From Dipteris shenzhenensis (lineage: Eukaryota), in NCBI GenBank assembly GCA_047967505.1, contig CM106538.1: 64,000 nt of DNA, one strand, 5' to 3'. Shown here piece after piece: positions 1-13,785 of the stretch (positions are counted from its first letter, which is position 1; the number at the start of each line of letters is the position of its first letter). Under the pieces are notes generated by a model. It searched no databases. It was not told where the DNA came from and worked only from the letters and a program-made list of their open reading frames with translations. The position numbers and the translations under genes were made by a program.

Positions 1-40
1 TAACGGAATTTAGATCCCTTCTGAAGGAATATCCAACAAG

Positions 41-118
41 ACAGAGAGAGAAAGAGAGACAGAGAGAGAGGGAGGAGAGCAAAAAACACTCACACACACA
101 CACAGAGAGGGAGGGGGG

Positions 119-157
<39 letters not shown>

Positions 158-231
158 AAAGATATATTAACGTCCACCGAGGCCTCGCAGGCCAATGGGA
201 CAAGAGAGAAGTGCAAGAAGAGATGCGGAGG

Positions 232-289
<58 letters not shown>
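41..289. repeat. (GA)n / (CA)n microsatellite cluster
   Basis: Long GA dinucleotide runs at ~123-152 and ~238-289 and a CA run at ~92-103; these explain the SLSLSL ORF 10..489. Confidence 0.95.
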
Positions 290-292
<3 letters not shown>

Positions 293-2068
293 GATTGGGT
301 TGGAAAGGTTAAGCAGTCTAGGTAGGCTCGGCTGGCCTTCAATGGGTTGCTAGCATGAGAGACAACAAATAGAGACCTATAGGCTGCTAGCATGCAAGAC
401 AACAAATATAGACCTAACATTAGATACAGTGTAGATCTATAGAAATTTCTGATATAGTCAAATCCGGATGTGCTGGTTTCAGGCAGCAATAGCTATATAT
501 TAGATGACATGGAGAAATAGATTAAGGGACAAATATAGGAAGGCATAGATAGGCTAACTCAAAGAAGGCTAGGCAAAACCGTAGTTATCATTTTCATGAC
601 TAGAGGGAAAGACATGTCCAACCGACACATGTTAGGTTAACTCAAGGAAGACTAAGCGGAAACGTAATTAATCGTTTTCATGACAGAGGGATAGACCCAT
701 TGCGAAGGGTAGAAAGCTGCAAGAAATGGTCCAAAGAAGGGCGAGATCTAATGTGAAAATTACATAGAATTTAATTAAACCTGAATTTGATCCTCACGTT
801 CCCACCTTGAGAACCGGCGGAGCGATTGTCTAACCTGTCGTAGACGACTATAACCTGACCAGTGTAAATTCTATTTCCTTTCGGACGGCCTAATATTGAT
901 ATACTGTAATATAAACAGTGTAAATTCCTTTTCCTTTTGGGACTGCCGCACTTATCAGGGGCAATGTCGCGTTATTATGAAACTTCGAACTGTGTTCATG
1001 AGAAGCTATGGGAGCCTAAGACCCAGTGCCCAGATTTAACAGAGACTTTCGCTTGGACAACTTTTGGCTCAGGGACCTTATGGAGTGAACATTTGTGACT
1101 ACATGGTCAAGAGTAGTGTAGACTAAAAAATGCAGAGAAGAAAAGCTACCTGAAGTGTGTCAACTCTAGTCGGCAAATGTAGAACCAGTTAGTAGTGCTG
1201 CGATGTCACGAACATGAGTGCATTCCTCAAGATATTCAGTCTGTCGCGGTGCACTGATCTGCACGGGAGCAATATTGCATCATAATAGTTTCACGGATAC
1301 AGTTCACAAGACATGCTTAAAATGTTAATTGTAACGTGTGATGCAAGACTCTCTCTCAAGGAGTGGACAAACTTTTGTCATAATATAGTTGGGTTCAATA
1401 GTGCTCGATTTAACAGTCTCGCTTGTTAAAACAACATTTCGCTTGCGATGTACCCATATCCATTAACATTATCTAGAAGTAGGTGCCCACGACAATGGAA
1501 AAAGGGGTATTAGAATTTGTCGTGGAGCGGGTAAGGGCGATTAGGACAATAGCCAAACATCTTAACTTCGGAATGTATAATGCTGTGAGGAAATCTACAT
1601 ATTTATACAAGAGATCAAAATATTTCATCGAGACAGATTACATCAACCGACGTCCGATTATTAGCTATTTGCTGCATTAATCATTACATAATGAGAACCG
1701 TCACTTAGTAGTTCGCTTGAAGATGTCTATCTTCCTAACCAATGCCTAGTGGGATTGGTGTCTCGCTCGAAAAAACTATTGCTTTACCAAAACAGTGACA
1801 GATCCGAGAGAATCCAACCGATGAACAAAAATAAGCAATGCACAACAGGATTCGTATCCTCTTAAGCATGTGCTTTAGCAATCAGAACTCTCATTAAAAT
1901 TCAAAAACTACTTGGCTACGTGTATAACTTAATAATTCTCCCAATTCAGTACAATAGCCGTTTCAGAAATTGAATTTATGGAACGCAAACTATGTTACAA
2001 CATGCTAGCCCTGGAGCGAAACGTCACAATGGATATAACTTCTTAGCACTCCTGAATAAATAAAAGCT

Positions 2069-3128
<1,060 letters not shown>

Positions 3129-3545
3129 AGCTATAAACCTTCACGTGACAGGAAGAAGAGCAAAGGCTAACCGAAGACGATGGGGAGAAAAGCGAGCACA
3201 AACTGCCCATATATACGATGCTCAATAGAAGAAGATGAAGGCTGGGCTTAGAAAAAGAGAATTCCACTTGGCTTCTCCCCATTGGAGGAAAGACTCGCGT
3301 ATCCTAGACATCCAATAAGAGAGTAGACAAGGGGTTGCTCTATGGATGTTGATTTGGCTATTTCATACATCATCTTTGGCTCTCTATCCATTTCCCTTCC
3401 ATTGGTGTGGCTCCCTCCCTTTAGGATTTCATTTGAGGTTGAGGCTGGAGGCATCTCCACTTCCAATGGAATTCAAGGACCATATATATGTCCATTTGCC
3501 TCCCCTTCCACAGGCTCCCCCCATCCCATCTCTTTCACGTGGTGC
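3129..3545 (-). promoter_or_regulatory. Lhcb 5'UTR and proximal promoter with light-responsive-type motifs
   Basis: TATATA at ~3209-3215, G-box-like CCAAGTGG at 3264-3271, CCAAT at 3281-3285, GGATA at 3300-3304, G-box CCACGTG at 3536-3542 and CACGTG at 3142-3147; the order is typical of cab promoters. Confidence 0.65.
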
Positions 3546-4627
3546 ACCTAAAAATCATCTCACCTCTCTCTTGAGGTATTCATTAGTAAGTAGTTCATTG
3601 TCGCTGTCCTTTATCTTATGATCCTCTCAACTCTTATTGAAAGTCCGCCTCCTTGAGTGAACAAAAAGCAGTCACGTACACTAGCTCTTAAAAAGGCAAT
3701 ATCATATTTGAAGAATTAATTACATTTGTAGTCTTGTAATTAAATTATGACGTTATATGAATTTCATGAACTTTACACTATCAATAAATTAAGCTCGTTA
3801 AGATTATTTATAGGTTTAAAAACTAATTCAAGCAAATGAAACACACCTAATAGCAAATATTTAAATTGAAGTCGACTAAAAGATCTTAAATTTACACTTG
3901 AGCACAACCATGAAGGAGTAGCGAAAAGATTTACATATTAAGTTTTGTAATTAAGCAAGAACATTTGATTTTAAAGTTCTATTCTCCTATGGATATATCT
4001 TACTCTAAAGTAGAGAAAACACATCTCGACATTAATATTATGCTACTTGAATAAGCTTAATTGACAATAGATTGAATTTTCCTAAACAAGCATAAACAAG
4101 CTAAGAATCCAATGTCGAAAGGAATAGATATTAAAATTCCTACTTTGAGATAGTAAAGAGAAACCTTTTTGTATGACCAAATATTAGAAGGTTAAAATAT
4201 GAAATTTCCAAAAATATTGACATATTGATTATAAAAGGTAGTCTATATCTACAAATCAAGTTTTGAGACCTTTAAAAGTACTTGCATTTTGCAAGCTTAT
4301 CATTTACATTCCAATACAATTAAGGTACTATTTAGTGTAATTTTTCATTACTTTTAAATATATATTCATTGAAGACAACATTGTTAAGAGCATAGTATAC
4401 CTTCTTTTACTTTTAGCAAATAGGTCTTCGAAAATTCTTTATGTTTACTCCTTAAAGAGTGACCCCACAAGGATAAAAATATCAAAATAACTCTTTTAAG
4501 GTGCAACCTTATAGAGGTAACACTACAAGGCATAGACCCTTTTCCGACAAAAATACCGATGTTTTTTAGAGTTTTGACAGGCGCAAAGATCGTTATTCAC
4601 ATTGCTATAAGCATCGAAAAAGAACAG

Positions 4628-4733
4628 TCGCTATATAAGCATCGCTATATAGCGATACTAATAAACGTCGCTATATAGCGACACTGGTAAATGTCGCTAT
4701 ATAGCAACATTGGTAAACGTCGCTATATAGCGA
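4628..4733. repeat. Left subterminal repeats of CACTA: palindrome TCGCTATATAGCGA at 26-bp spacing
   Basis: Copies start at 4642, 4668, 4694 (one mismatch) and 4720, plus a partial copy at 4628. Confidence 0.9.
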
Positions 4734-5049
4734 CGATTAACAGAAGCTTAAAAAAACATTAGTGAGGCTAAACAGGGCCACAACAAGCCTTGTTTTGCCC
4801 CACTAATGTTTTTTGTTTAGTAATTACAAAAAAAAAAAAATTATTACAAAATTTCCCTTGTGGAAAGGGTGATACAAAATCACTTAAATGAACCGATCGA
4901 GCGACAAAAGCATATACATGTCGAAGATATATAACATTGTTTGTTACAAAATTACCCTTTCGAAAAGGGTGATACAAAATCACTCAAACGAGCCGATATA
5001 CAAAAGGATATACATGGCGAAGTATATGCAAACTACTACTACTACTACT

Positions 5050-6586
5050 ACTACTGCTGCTGCTCATCCAAATCGTCATCGTCGTCCTCGTCCTCGTCTT
5101 ACTAGCCTGATCCTTGGTCCTCATGAGTTGCGCCTGATCCTTGGCCCTCGTGAGTTGCGCCTGATCCCTGGCTCTCGTGAGCTGCGCCTGATCCCTGGCC
5201 CTCATCACCACTCACCTCCGCTGACGGGATGCTCGAGCTTTGATTCTAAGAGTATTAATTGGAAATTGGATAAAAGAATAAAATAGTTTTAAAACTGAGA
5301 TTACAAGTAGGAGTAGACTTATACCGTGCGAGCAGCCACCTCAGCCTAATCGATCGTCGCTCCCATTGCCTCCTGCTCAATAAACCACGGCTTTGTTCCT
5401 ACGCGAAACGCGCATCTCGTCTCTGTGTCTGTAGGAAGGCGACCCATTGCAGCTTATTGTGGATCCAATTTACGAGAGTTAGATAAAGTGCATGCAATAT
5501 GTAGTAAAACAAATAGAACAATACATTAAATGAGAAGAAGTAGACTTACCACGATTGCCTCGAACACCAACCATTCGCTTGCACCAAAGTGTGAAGTACC
5601 TACAGCATCCAATCGTCTCCTCGCAGCCCTCCTCTGACCCTTGAACATTTCGGGATGGTTCCTATTTTGCTTCTTGAAAAACTTCCAATCAGCTTTGTCT
5701 GCCCAGCTGGGTTTAGCCCTCCCCTTTGTGATGGAAGTATGCAAGGTTGACCTACAATGCTTCAAGACCAAACCCATGCGCTCTCACATGTAATTCTTGT
5801 TGAACTCCCAATTTGGGGGGTTAGGGTATTTTGCTTTCAATTCATCGATGATTGCCTACTTCTTTTGGTCATCTTGATATCGCCAATCAGTAGCTATGCC
5901 GCACTGAAGTGGTGGCTCATCAACCACCTCATGGTGGCCATCACTGCTATGCCCTTTTTATCTTCTATTATCTCTCCAGCAGCCATGATTTGATAGGACA
6001 GGTCCTCGACGGGGTCAGGAGGACTCATGGTAGTGGTAGAGTCAGAGTTAGTGGTGTTTGTGCGAGCACTTCCGGAGTGAGGAGTAGCAGTGGGAGTAGG
6101 AGAGGGTAAGGGACCTGATTGGTACTAGGTCTCGAGACCAAGTGGAGACCTATAGGGATGTGAGTGTGCTGGTTCGTCTACATCTCCCGAGTCAGCACAA
6201 CATAAGCGACCCCTCCTACTCTTCCTTCCCTTACAATGGGCACGCCCAGGTGATGACCCCTAAGTCGAAGGGGCTAAAGGGGACAGCTAGGCAGTAGGTC
6301 TAGCTGTTGGTGTAGGAGAGGGAATTGCTGAGGTCCTCTGGGATAGCAAAGAGAAGAATCTTGCTGCCTCCTCATCAGTCATCTATGCCACAAACTCGTC
6401 GGGACTCCTGACAAAGCCATGGGCTACTAGCAAAGGAGTTCCTCGAGGGGTAGTCATAGTCCTATGTCCGAGAGGAGTTGGGCCAGGGGTAGTCCACTGA
6501 GGGGAATCAAAGTCCTCTGGAGAATAGAGATCATGATGTCTCCTACGAGGGTTTTCGTACTCCTCGAACGTGTGACGTGATCCCAT
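5050..6586 (-). pseudogene. CACTA second gene (TnpA/ORF2-like, Ptta/En/Spm-type), spliced, disrupted
   Basis: Starts MGSRHTFEEYENP at 6586; exon ..WADKADWKFFKKQ..FKGQRRAARRRLDAVGTSHFGAS..FEAIV|GTAAG (~5549) resembles the W..S..N..NR..H..GS motif of the CACTA ORF2 family; acidic C-terminal tail; in-frame stops; upstream donor/acceptor sites at ~8486, ~8522 and ~8842. Confidence 0.6.
5106..5206 (-). repeat. 27-bp tandem repeat (~3.7 copies) encoding GQGSGATHE-like 9-mers in the ORF2 tail
   Basis: CCTGATCC(T/C)TGG..CTC(A/G)TGAG(T/C)TGCG repeated at 27-nt period. Confidence 0.9.
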
Positions 6587-6599
6587 GTCGAACGTAGAC

Positions 6600-8390
6600 A
6601 CAAACACAAAAATACAAAACAAAAAACAAGAGCAGGTAAGAAGCAGAAAGCATATGAGGGAAAGCATAAGAAGCAAAAGAGAAGGAGAAGCATAAGAGAA
6701 GGGGAGGGGAAAAGAAGAGAAAGAAAAGGGAAAAAGAGATTGAAAGAGGGAAAAAGAACCAAATATACATAAGAGAAAAAAGAGAGAATAAAAATGCATA
6801 AGAGAATACATTGAGAAAGCATATGCTTATGCTTATGCATAAGCATATGAGCATATGCTCATGCATAAGCATAAGCATAAGCATAGGCATAGGCATAGGC
6901 ATATGCTTTTGAAAAGAAGAGAAAAAGAGAGGGAAAAAGAAGAGAAGGAAAGGAGAAGGAGAAGGAGAAGGACATGTGCCACGCATAAGCATAAGCATAG
7001 GCATAGGCATAGGCATAGGCATATGCTTATGAAAAGAAGAGAAAAAGAGAGGGAAAAAGAAGAGAAGGAAAGGAGAAGGAGAAGGACATGCCACACATAA
7101 GCATAAGCATAAGCATAGGCATAGGCATAGGCATATACTTATGAAAAGAAGAGAAAAAGAGAAGGAAAAAGAAGAGAAGGAAAGGAGAAGGAGAAGGAGA
7201 CATATGCTCATGCATAAGCATAAGCATAAGAGAAGGAAGAGGGAAAAAGAGCATAAACATAAGAAAAAAGGAAACAAAGCATATGCTTATGCTTATGCAT
7301 GAGCATATGAGCATAAAACAAAAAGAGAGAAAGCTTAAGCATAGGCAAAGACATATGCTTATGAAAAGAGATTACAAGAGAGGAAAGAGGGGGGGAAAGA
7401 GAGAGGAAAAGAGGAGAAGGAGAAGGAGAAGGAGAAGGAGAAAGAGACATATGCTCATGCATAAGCATAAGCATAAGAAAGGAAGAGGGAAAAAGAGCAT
7501 AAGCATAAGAAAAAAGGAAAGAAAGCATATGCTTATGCTTATGCATGAGCATATGAGCATAAAAGAAAAAGAGAGAAAGCTTAAGCATAGGCAAATACAT
7601 ATGCTTATGAAAAGAGATTGAAAGAGGGGAAAGAGAGAGGAAAAGAGGAAAAGAGGAAAAGAGGAGAAGGAGAAGGAGAAGGAGAAGGAGACATATGCTC
7701 ATGCATAAGCATAAGCATAAGAGAAGAAAGAGGGAAAAAGAGCATAAGCATAAGAAAAAAGGAAAGAAATCATATGCTTATATTTATGCATGAGCATATG
7801 AGCATAAAAGAAAGAGAGAGAAAGCTTAAGCATAGGCAAATACATATGCTTATAAAAAGAGATTGAAAGAGGGGAAAGAGGGGGGGAAAGAGAGAGGAAA
7901 AGAGGAGAAGGAGAAGGAGAAGGAGAAGGAGACATATGCTCATGCATAAGCATAAGCATAAGAGAAAGAAAAGGGAAAAAGAGCATAAGCATAAGAGAAA
8001 AAGAAAGAAAGCATATGCTTATGCTTATGCATGAGCATATGAGCATAAAAGAAAAAGAGAGAAAGCATAAGCTTGTGCTTATGCATGAGCATATGAGCAT
8101 GTGCTCATGCATAAGCATATGCATAGGCAAATACATATGCTTATGAAAAGAGATTGAAAGAGGGGAAAGAGGGGGGGGAAAGAGCGAGGAAAAGAGGAAA
8201 AAAGATTGAAAGAGGGGAAAAAGAAGAGGGGAAAAGAGCAAGAAGGGAAAAAGAAATTGAAAGAGGGGGAAAAAGAAGAGGGGAAAAGAGATTGAAAGAG
8301 GGGAAAAAAAAGAGGGAAAAAGAAGAGAAGAAAGAGGGGAAACGAGGGAAAGAAGAGGGAATAAGAGAAGAGAGGGGAAGAGAGGATCCC
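6600..8390. repeat. Composite GA-rich + (AAGCAT)n tandem array with ~120-bp and ~244-bp higher-order units, in the ORF2 5' intron
   Basis: Anchor GACATATGCTCATGCATAAGC recurs at 7199, 7446, 7690 and 7931; produces many spurious low-complexity ORFs. Confidence 0.92.
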
Positions 8391-9057
8391 TACACCCATC
8401 ACTACAGCTAGCGCTTAAGGCGCTAGCTACAGGCCAATGCAAATAACAAAAATAACAAAAAGAAAAAAGAGGAAGCACTTTCTTACCTCGAATAGTCCCA
8501 CTCGGTGTTTTGTGGACTAGGCCTACAAAAGAGAGAAAACATACCATTTTTCAAATAACTACTTAGAGGAAGGAGGTGTTTAGAGAAGCAACTTCTCAAA
8601 GGGATTGGATTGAGGAGACAAGCATAAGCCTACAAACAAGGAGAAAGAGGAGGAAGAGAAATACAAAAAAGAGAAGAGGTGAGTCTTCTTTCTTTCACCA
8701 AATCTCGTTTTTTGTCCTTAACCTCTGAAAATCAAGCATGAAAACTACCACATAGTCTTAGCAATACAAGGAGAAACATGCTTCAACACTCACAAAATGA
8801 AATCTCACAAAAAATGAACCTACATTGCTTAAAGAGACTCACCTTCTTAAAAAATTCTTTTCACACAAGCAAAGAGGGAGAAGGGTGGAGAGGGAGCACA
8901 AGTGTTAGGAGAGGGGCTCGGTAGGAGTGAGGAGTGGAGAATAGAGAGGAGGAGAACGAGGTTGTCGAATATAAGGTGGGAGGAGAGATTTTTGCTTTTC
9001 TCGCAATAGAGATGTCAACGATAGCATCGCGCGGGGTTTCGGGTTTAAGCCCCCAGC

Positions 9058-9190
9058 ATTGTATATAGCGACATTGGTCAATCGCTATATAGCGATGTTG
9101 ATATCCAAAAAGCGTCGCTATATAGCGATGGAACAGGGAAAAGCATCGCTATATAGCGATGAAACAGGGCAAAGCGTCGCTATATAGCGA
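9058..9190. promoter_or_regulatory. Internal cluster of the CACTA subterminal palindrome between the divergent genes
   Basis: Perfect TCGCTATATAGCGA at 9082, 9115, 9146 and 9177, plus a degenerate copy at ~9058; no CACTA/TAGTG terminus nearby. The regulatory role is inferred. Confidence 0.6.
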
Positions 9191-9300
9191 CGGTTCAGGG
9201 CACTTATTGTTAAAAGAGAAAAAAGAAGCTCATGGGTGGCTATTTTTTGGATCTTAATAGATTTCCTTGCAGCTCATGTTGTGATTTTGGATGTGTGCAG

Positions 9301-12300
9301 ATGGAAGGGATGAGTGGAAGCTCGTCAGATGACATGCCAATGCTCAAGAGCATAGAGTGGCTTACAGAGAGGTTATATTGTCATTGCACTCATTGCAAGC
9401 GAGAAGTATGACATCAACATCGTATTATCATCCACCACTTGCAGATGTATGGGGAGGAGCTCGAACTAGTACCCACCATTGGTGTTGCACATGGTGATGG
9501 ATCATCAGTAAGTCAATGCTATCTCCTCTGGACGGTTAATATTGGATACCATTATGACATGAAACCTTGAGACAAGATCTTATATTTACATGAAATCTTG
9601 AAACAGGATGAGGAGGGTGGTGAGGGTGCGCATATACCTTTACACTTTGAGCAAGACTATAGTCTCCCGGATGATGATGAGGGTATGGTGGACATGATGT
9701 ATTCTATTTTTAGGGCACTACATCACATGTACACGTGATGTCAAAGTCTGAGGTCAAAATGCGAGAGTTGCAATCAACACAGTTGTACAAGGGTGCTAAG
9801 ATGTCTAAACTACGGGCTTGTCTCTCAATCTTCAATTTGCAAGCAAAGTATGGGTGGTCGGATACAAGTGTCTCGGCCTTAATGAGGTTAGCTCCCGCAT
9901 TAATTTGACTCATTATTTGGATATTGTTTGTTTTGAGAATCATCATGTATGTTTGAGAATCATCATTATTCGAAGTTGTTTGAATTGTGACTCTCTTTTA
10001 TTCTTCTCTCTTTTATCCTCTCTTTTTTGTCTCTTATCTCTCTTATCTCCTCTCTTTTCCTCTCTTTTTTCTCCTCTCTTTTCCTCTATTTTCCTCTCTT
10101 TCCTTCTCTTTTTTTCTCTTCTATCCCTACTTTATTATTCGAAGCCTATGTATGTTTGAATTGTGATAGGTTGCTCCAAAAGATGTTGCCTGCACCAAAT
10201 ACCATGCCTACATCAAGAGATGAAGCGAAGAAGATGCTAACAACAGTGGGCATGGATTATGATACCATCCATGCTTAGTATAATGACTGTATTCTCTTTC
10301 GTCGTGAGCATTGAGATTTGGCTAGTTGTCCGAAGTGTGGGGAACAACGATATAGAGATGACTTGCAAGGTGAGCAGATACCGGTAAAGGTCTTGAGACA
10401 CTTTCCCATCATTGCAAGGATACAGCACATGTTCTGATGCAAATCCATAGCGGAGTTGATGACATGGCATGCATCTCATCGGTCCACTAATGACACATTG
10501 AGGATTCCCACAGATTGTGTAGCTTAGAAGCACATAGACAATCAGTGGTCGGACTTTGCAAGGGAGCCATGCAACTTACATCTTGGGCTCACCATGGATG
10601 GCGTGAATCCTTTCGGGTTACGCTTGACATGGCCCATAGTCTTGGTGAATTACAATATCCCACCATGGCTAACAATAAAGAAGGGACACCTCATGCTTGC
10701 ACTACTTGTGCTAGGGAAGTACAAGGCTAAAAATATGGACGTGTACATGGCACCTTTGATAGAGGAGTTATAGATCTTATGGAGAGGAGTGCGGGTCTTT
10801 GATATTTCCAGAGCTCCTAGACATACCAATGATATTTTGGTTAGGGGCATCTTGATGTGGACCATGCATGACTACCCAGGATATGGAGAGTGCGCAGGTA
10901 TGTGGTTGTGTCTTTACATGTATAATATAGGATTATGCTTTTATGACTCTCTTTCGCACACATGTCTTATACTAACACATTCATGCACGCATGCAAAACT
11001 TGTTACAAGTGGGTACCATGCTTGTCCTATTTGTGGACCGGGTTTGAAATTGCTTGCACGATACTCCAAACATATAAGGAAAAATGTTTATGAAGGTCAT
11101 GCTCGATACCTTCCGCTAGACCATCTCACACGTGGAGGTCAGCTTGATCCACCACCACCATATTTGAAGGCAAGTGACTGGATTCAAGCTTGGAGGGCGA
11201 ATGGAGAGGAACCTCCTGGTGGTATGAAGAGGCTATCGATCTTTCATGAGCTTCCTTATTGGGGTTAGTTACAAATCAATCATCTCTTGGATCCCATGCA
11301 TATCTTTAAGAATGTGGGGGCTACTATTTGGGCACACTTGGTTGGTTCCAAAGACTCGAGAGGAGTGCGAGAAGACTTGTGTGCTATGAATAGGATGTCT
11401 TGTTTGTGGACCCAAGTGCATGCTTTAGGAAAATTTATCCTCCCGAAAGGAACATGGATCCTCTCTATGAGAGAGGAGGCAGTGGTCAAGGCAGACATTG
11501 CCTCTTTTCAAACACCCACAGGGTACATGCATTGCTTGAAAGGAGCATTTTCAAAGGACAATAAGCTTAGTGGGCTCAAGTCCCATGATTGGCACAAGGT
11601 CTTACAGGTATTCTAAGCTGTAGGATTAGTGTACCGATAATCGTGATGCATTAGTGTAATTATGATTATGTTATATTGTTGACATGACTTCTTTGTTGCT
11701 TTGATAGTTCATCCTCCCAATTACAATAAAAGAGTGCTTACAAGAAGATGTAAGAAATGCTATATTAAAGATCAGTGGTATTGTGAGGTATGCTTACTAT
11801 CAAATCTCATCAATTGCATTTTCTTCAATTTAAGCTGAATAATCTGTGGACTGATTATGAATATATCTTACATGGGCATGTGAAATAGGTGGATATCTCA
11901 AAAAGAGATCTCCATATTAAGCAGCGAGAAGGCTAGGGTGGAATCCATCAAAGCTATATGCTTGCTTGAGAAGCACTTTCCGCCGAGCATTATGACAACT
12001 CAAGTGCACTTGCTTGTGCACATAGTTGATGAGGTGGCCATTGCAGGTACCGTTCATAATCAGTGGATGTTTTTTCTCGAGCGGTTTATGAAAACTTTGA
12101 AGGGATTTGTAAGACAAAGAGCAAGACCAAAAGCAAGCATGGCAGAGGGATGACTGTGCAAGAGTCATTAGTATATATCACAAAGTTTCTTGCATCCACG
12201 GATCGCTATATGCCGCAAGCTTGGCATAACAAGGATGATGATCGCATCGTTGGCAAGGTTCCCCAAGGAAAAGCGATTGAAAGAAAGATGAGCGAAGAGC

Positions 12301-13540
12301 AAATGGAGAAATTCAATATGTTTTGTGTCCTTAATAGCAAGGAGATGCAGAAGTGGATTGAGAGATATGAAGCGGCCAAAGCAGAAAGAATAAATGCAAG
12401 GACGAGATTCAGACTAATGTACAGGCGATTGCAACCATATCCACAGGATCTCACCCTTCTCCCCACTCACATGTCACTTGATTGGCTACAACTGGCTCTA
12501 CATAAAGCCGAATGCGATGGAGAGACAATAAATGAGCGCAAGCGAGAGTTATCATGTAGATGTATGATGCATGTAAGTTTCTTACCTCGACATAATTAAG
12601 TAATTATTTGTGACAATATACGCTACAAAATCATTGTTTTAATGATGCTCTTTTACAGTACAAACAGTGCATTATGGTCATATGGACGACTTTTTGTGTG
12701 GAATGCATCGATTCAAAGAGAGTCATGTATGATTGTGGAGTCATGGCTAACTTCACACAAGATAGCCGAGCAAGTGCTTCAGATACCAATCTTCTCTCCT
12801 CATAGTTGGATTATTGTGGAACCATACGCAAAATCTATGAAATTGATTTCAAATGATTTAGTATTTTCATTCTTGATGTAAAATGGTTTAGAACTATTTA
12901 CAATAGTCCCCACGCGATAGTGATAAAAGACAGTAGAGGTTTCTTTGCAATAGACTCCACCAAACTTTGGACCGATGAAAGTGATACTTTTATTCTTCTC
13001 GAGCACTGTGAGCAGGTGCATACTAATGATTTAATTAATCGAAGCATTCGTTTTTGAAGATCCATTGATACATGTACTTAAGCATAATTTCATATATATA
13101 ATTGATGGCATTTGGCACCCATCTTCAATATAGGTGGTTTTTCATCCGGATCATTTTGATCCAAGATGGTGGTTTGTGATCTAAGTTGCACCACGAAGTA
13201 AGCAAATTTTTGAAGATAGAGATGTGGATATGGAGATGCCACTACAATGCCGGATCCAATTGATCCAGATGGATCTAGCAAAGAAGATGAAGATCCCAAT
13301 ATGAGTCAAGAGGAAGATGTGCATAATGGCATCGTATGAGAGCAAGATGGAGATCACGATATTGAGGAAGAAGATGACAATCATCAAGAATCACCACAAT
13401 TTATTGAAGAAGATAATCAAGTACTCTTAGGTGAACGTACGATGCTAGAGTACGATGATGATATAGGAGATCAACTTGGTATAGAGTTAGAGATAGACTT
13501 GTTTGGTGCATTAGACTTGGCTCAGGATGAAGTCGTTGAT
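9301..13540 (+). pseudogene. CACTA transposase (TnpD/Tnp2 family), multi-exon, inactivated by stops and frameshifts
   Basis: Transposase-associated motif LYCHCTHCK..HHL..YG; IHAC..DC; DGVNPF; WTMHDYPGY; SGYHACPICG; LDPMHIFKNV; KSHDWH; FPPSIMTTQVHLLVH; WMFFLERFMKTLK; GT-AG introns (e.g. 9508-9606, 9887-10169). Confidence 0.9.
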
Positions 13541-13785
13541 GTAAATGCTCTTCATTGATTTTTTTCATCTCAAACTTGGACATGAATATATGAGCTTCAA
13601 AGGCTTGATGTACATGCTCTTGTACTTTTATTCTCTCAAAGGATCAAACATGTATGAAAATGAAAAAAAATTTGTCATTGGGAAAAACTACCTTTTAAGG
13701 TCGGTATGGGAAAAAAAACTCTCTGTAAAATGTCGTTGTAGGAAACTGTCTCAATGTTGCTATATAATGACCATTACCAATCTAA

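Noticed and set aside
10-489. 159-aa minus-strand ORF
   Set aside because: Largely a (CT)n microsatellite translation
4642-4733. Palindromic repeats as a CRISPR array
   Set aside because: Spacers are only 12 bp and resemble each other; these are CACTA subterminal repeats
6383-8547. Many long ORFs rich in F/L/S/C/M or K/R/E
   Set aside because: Translations of the GA/AAGCAT tandem array, except the MGSRHTFEE.. part assigned to ORF2
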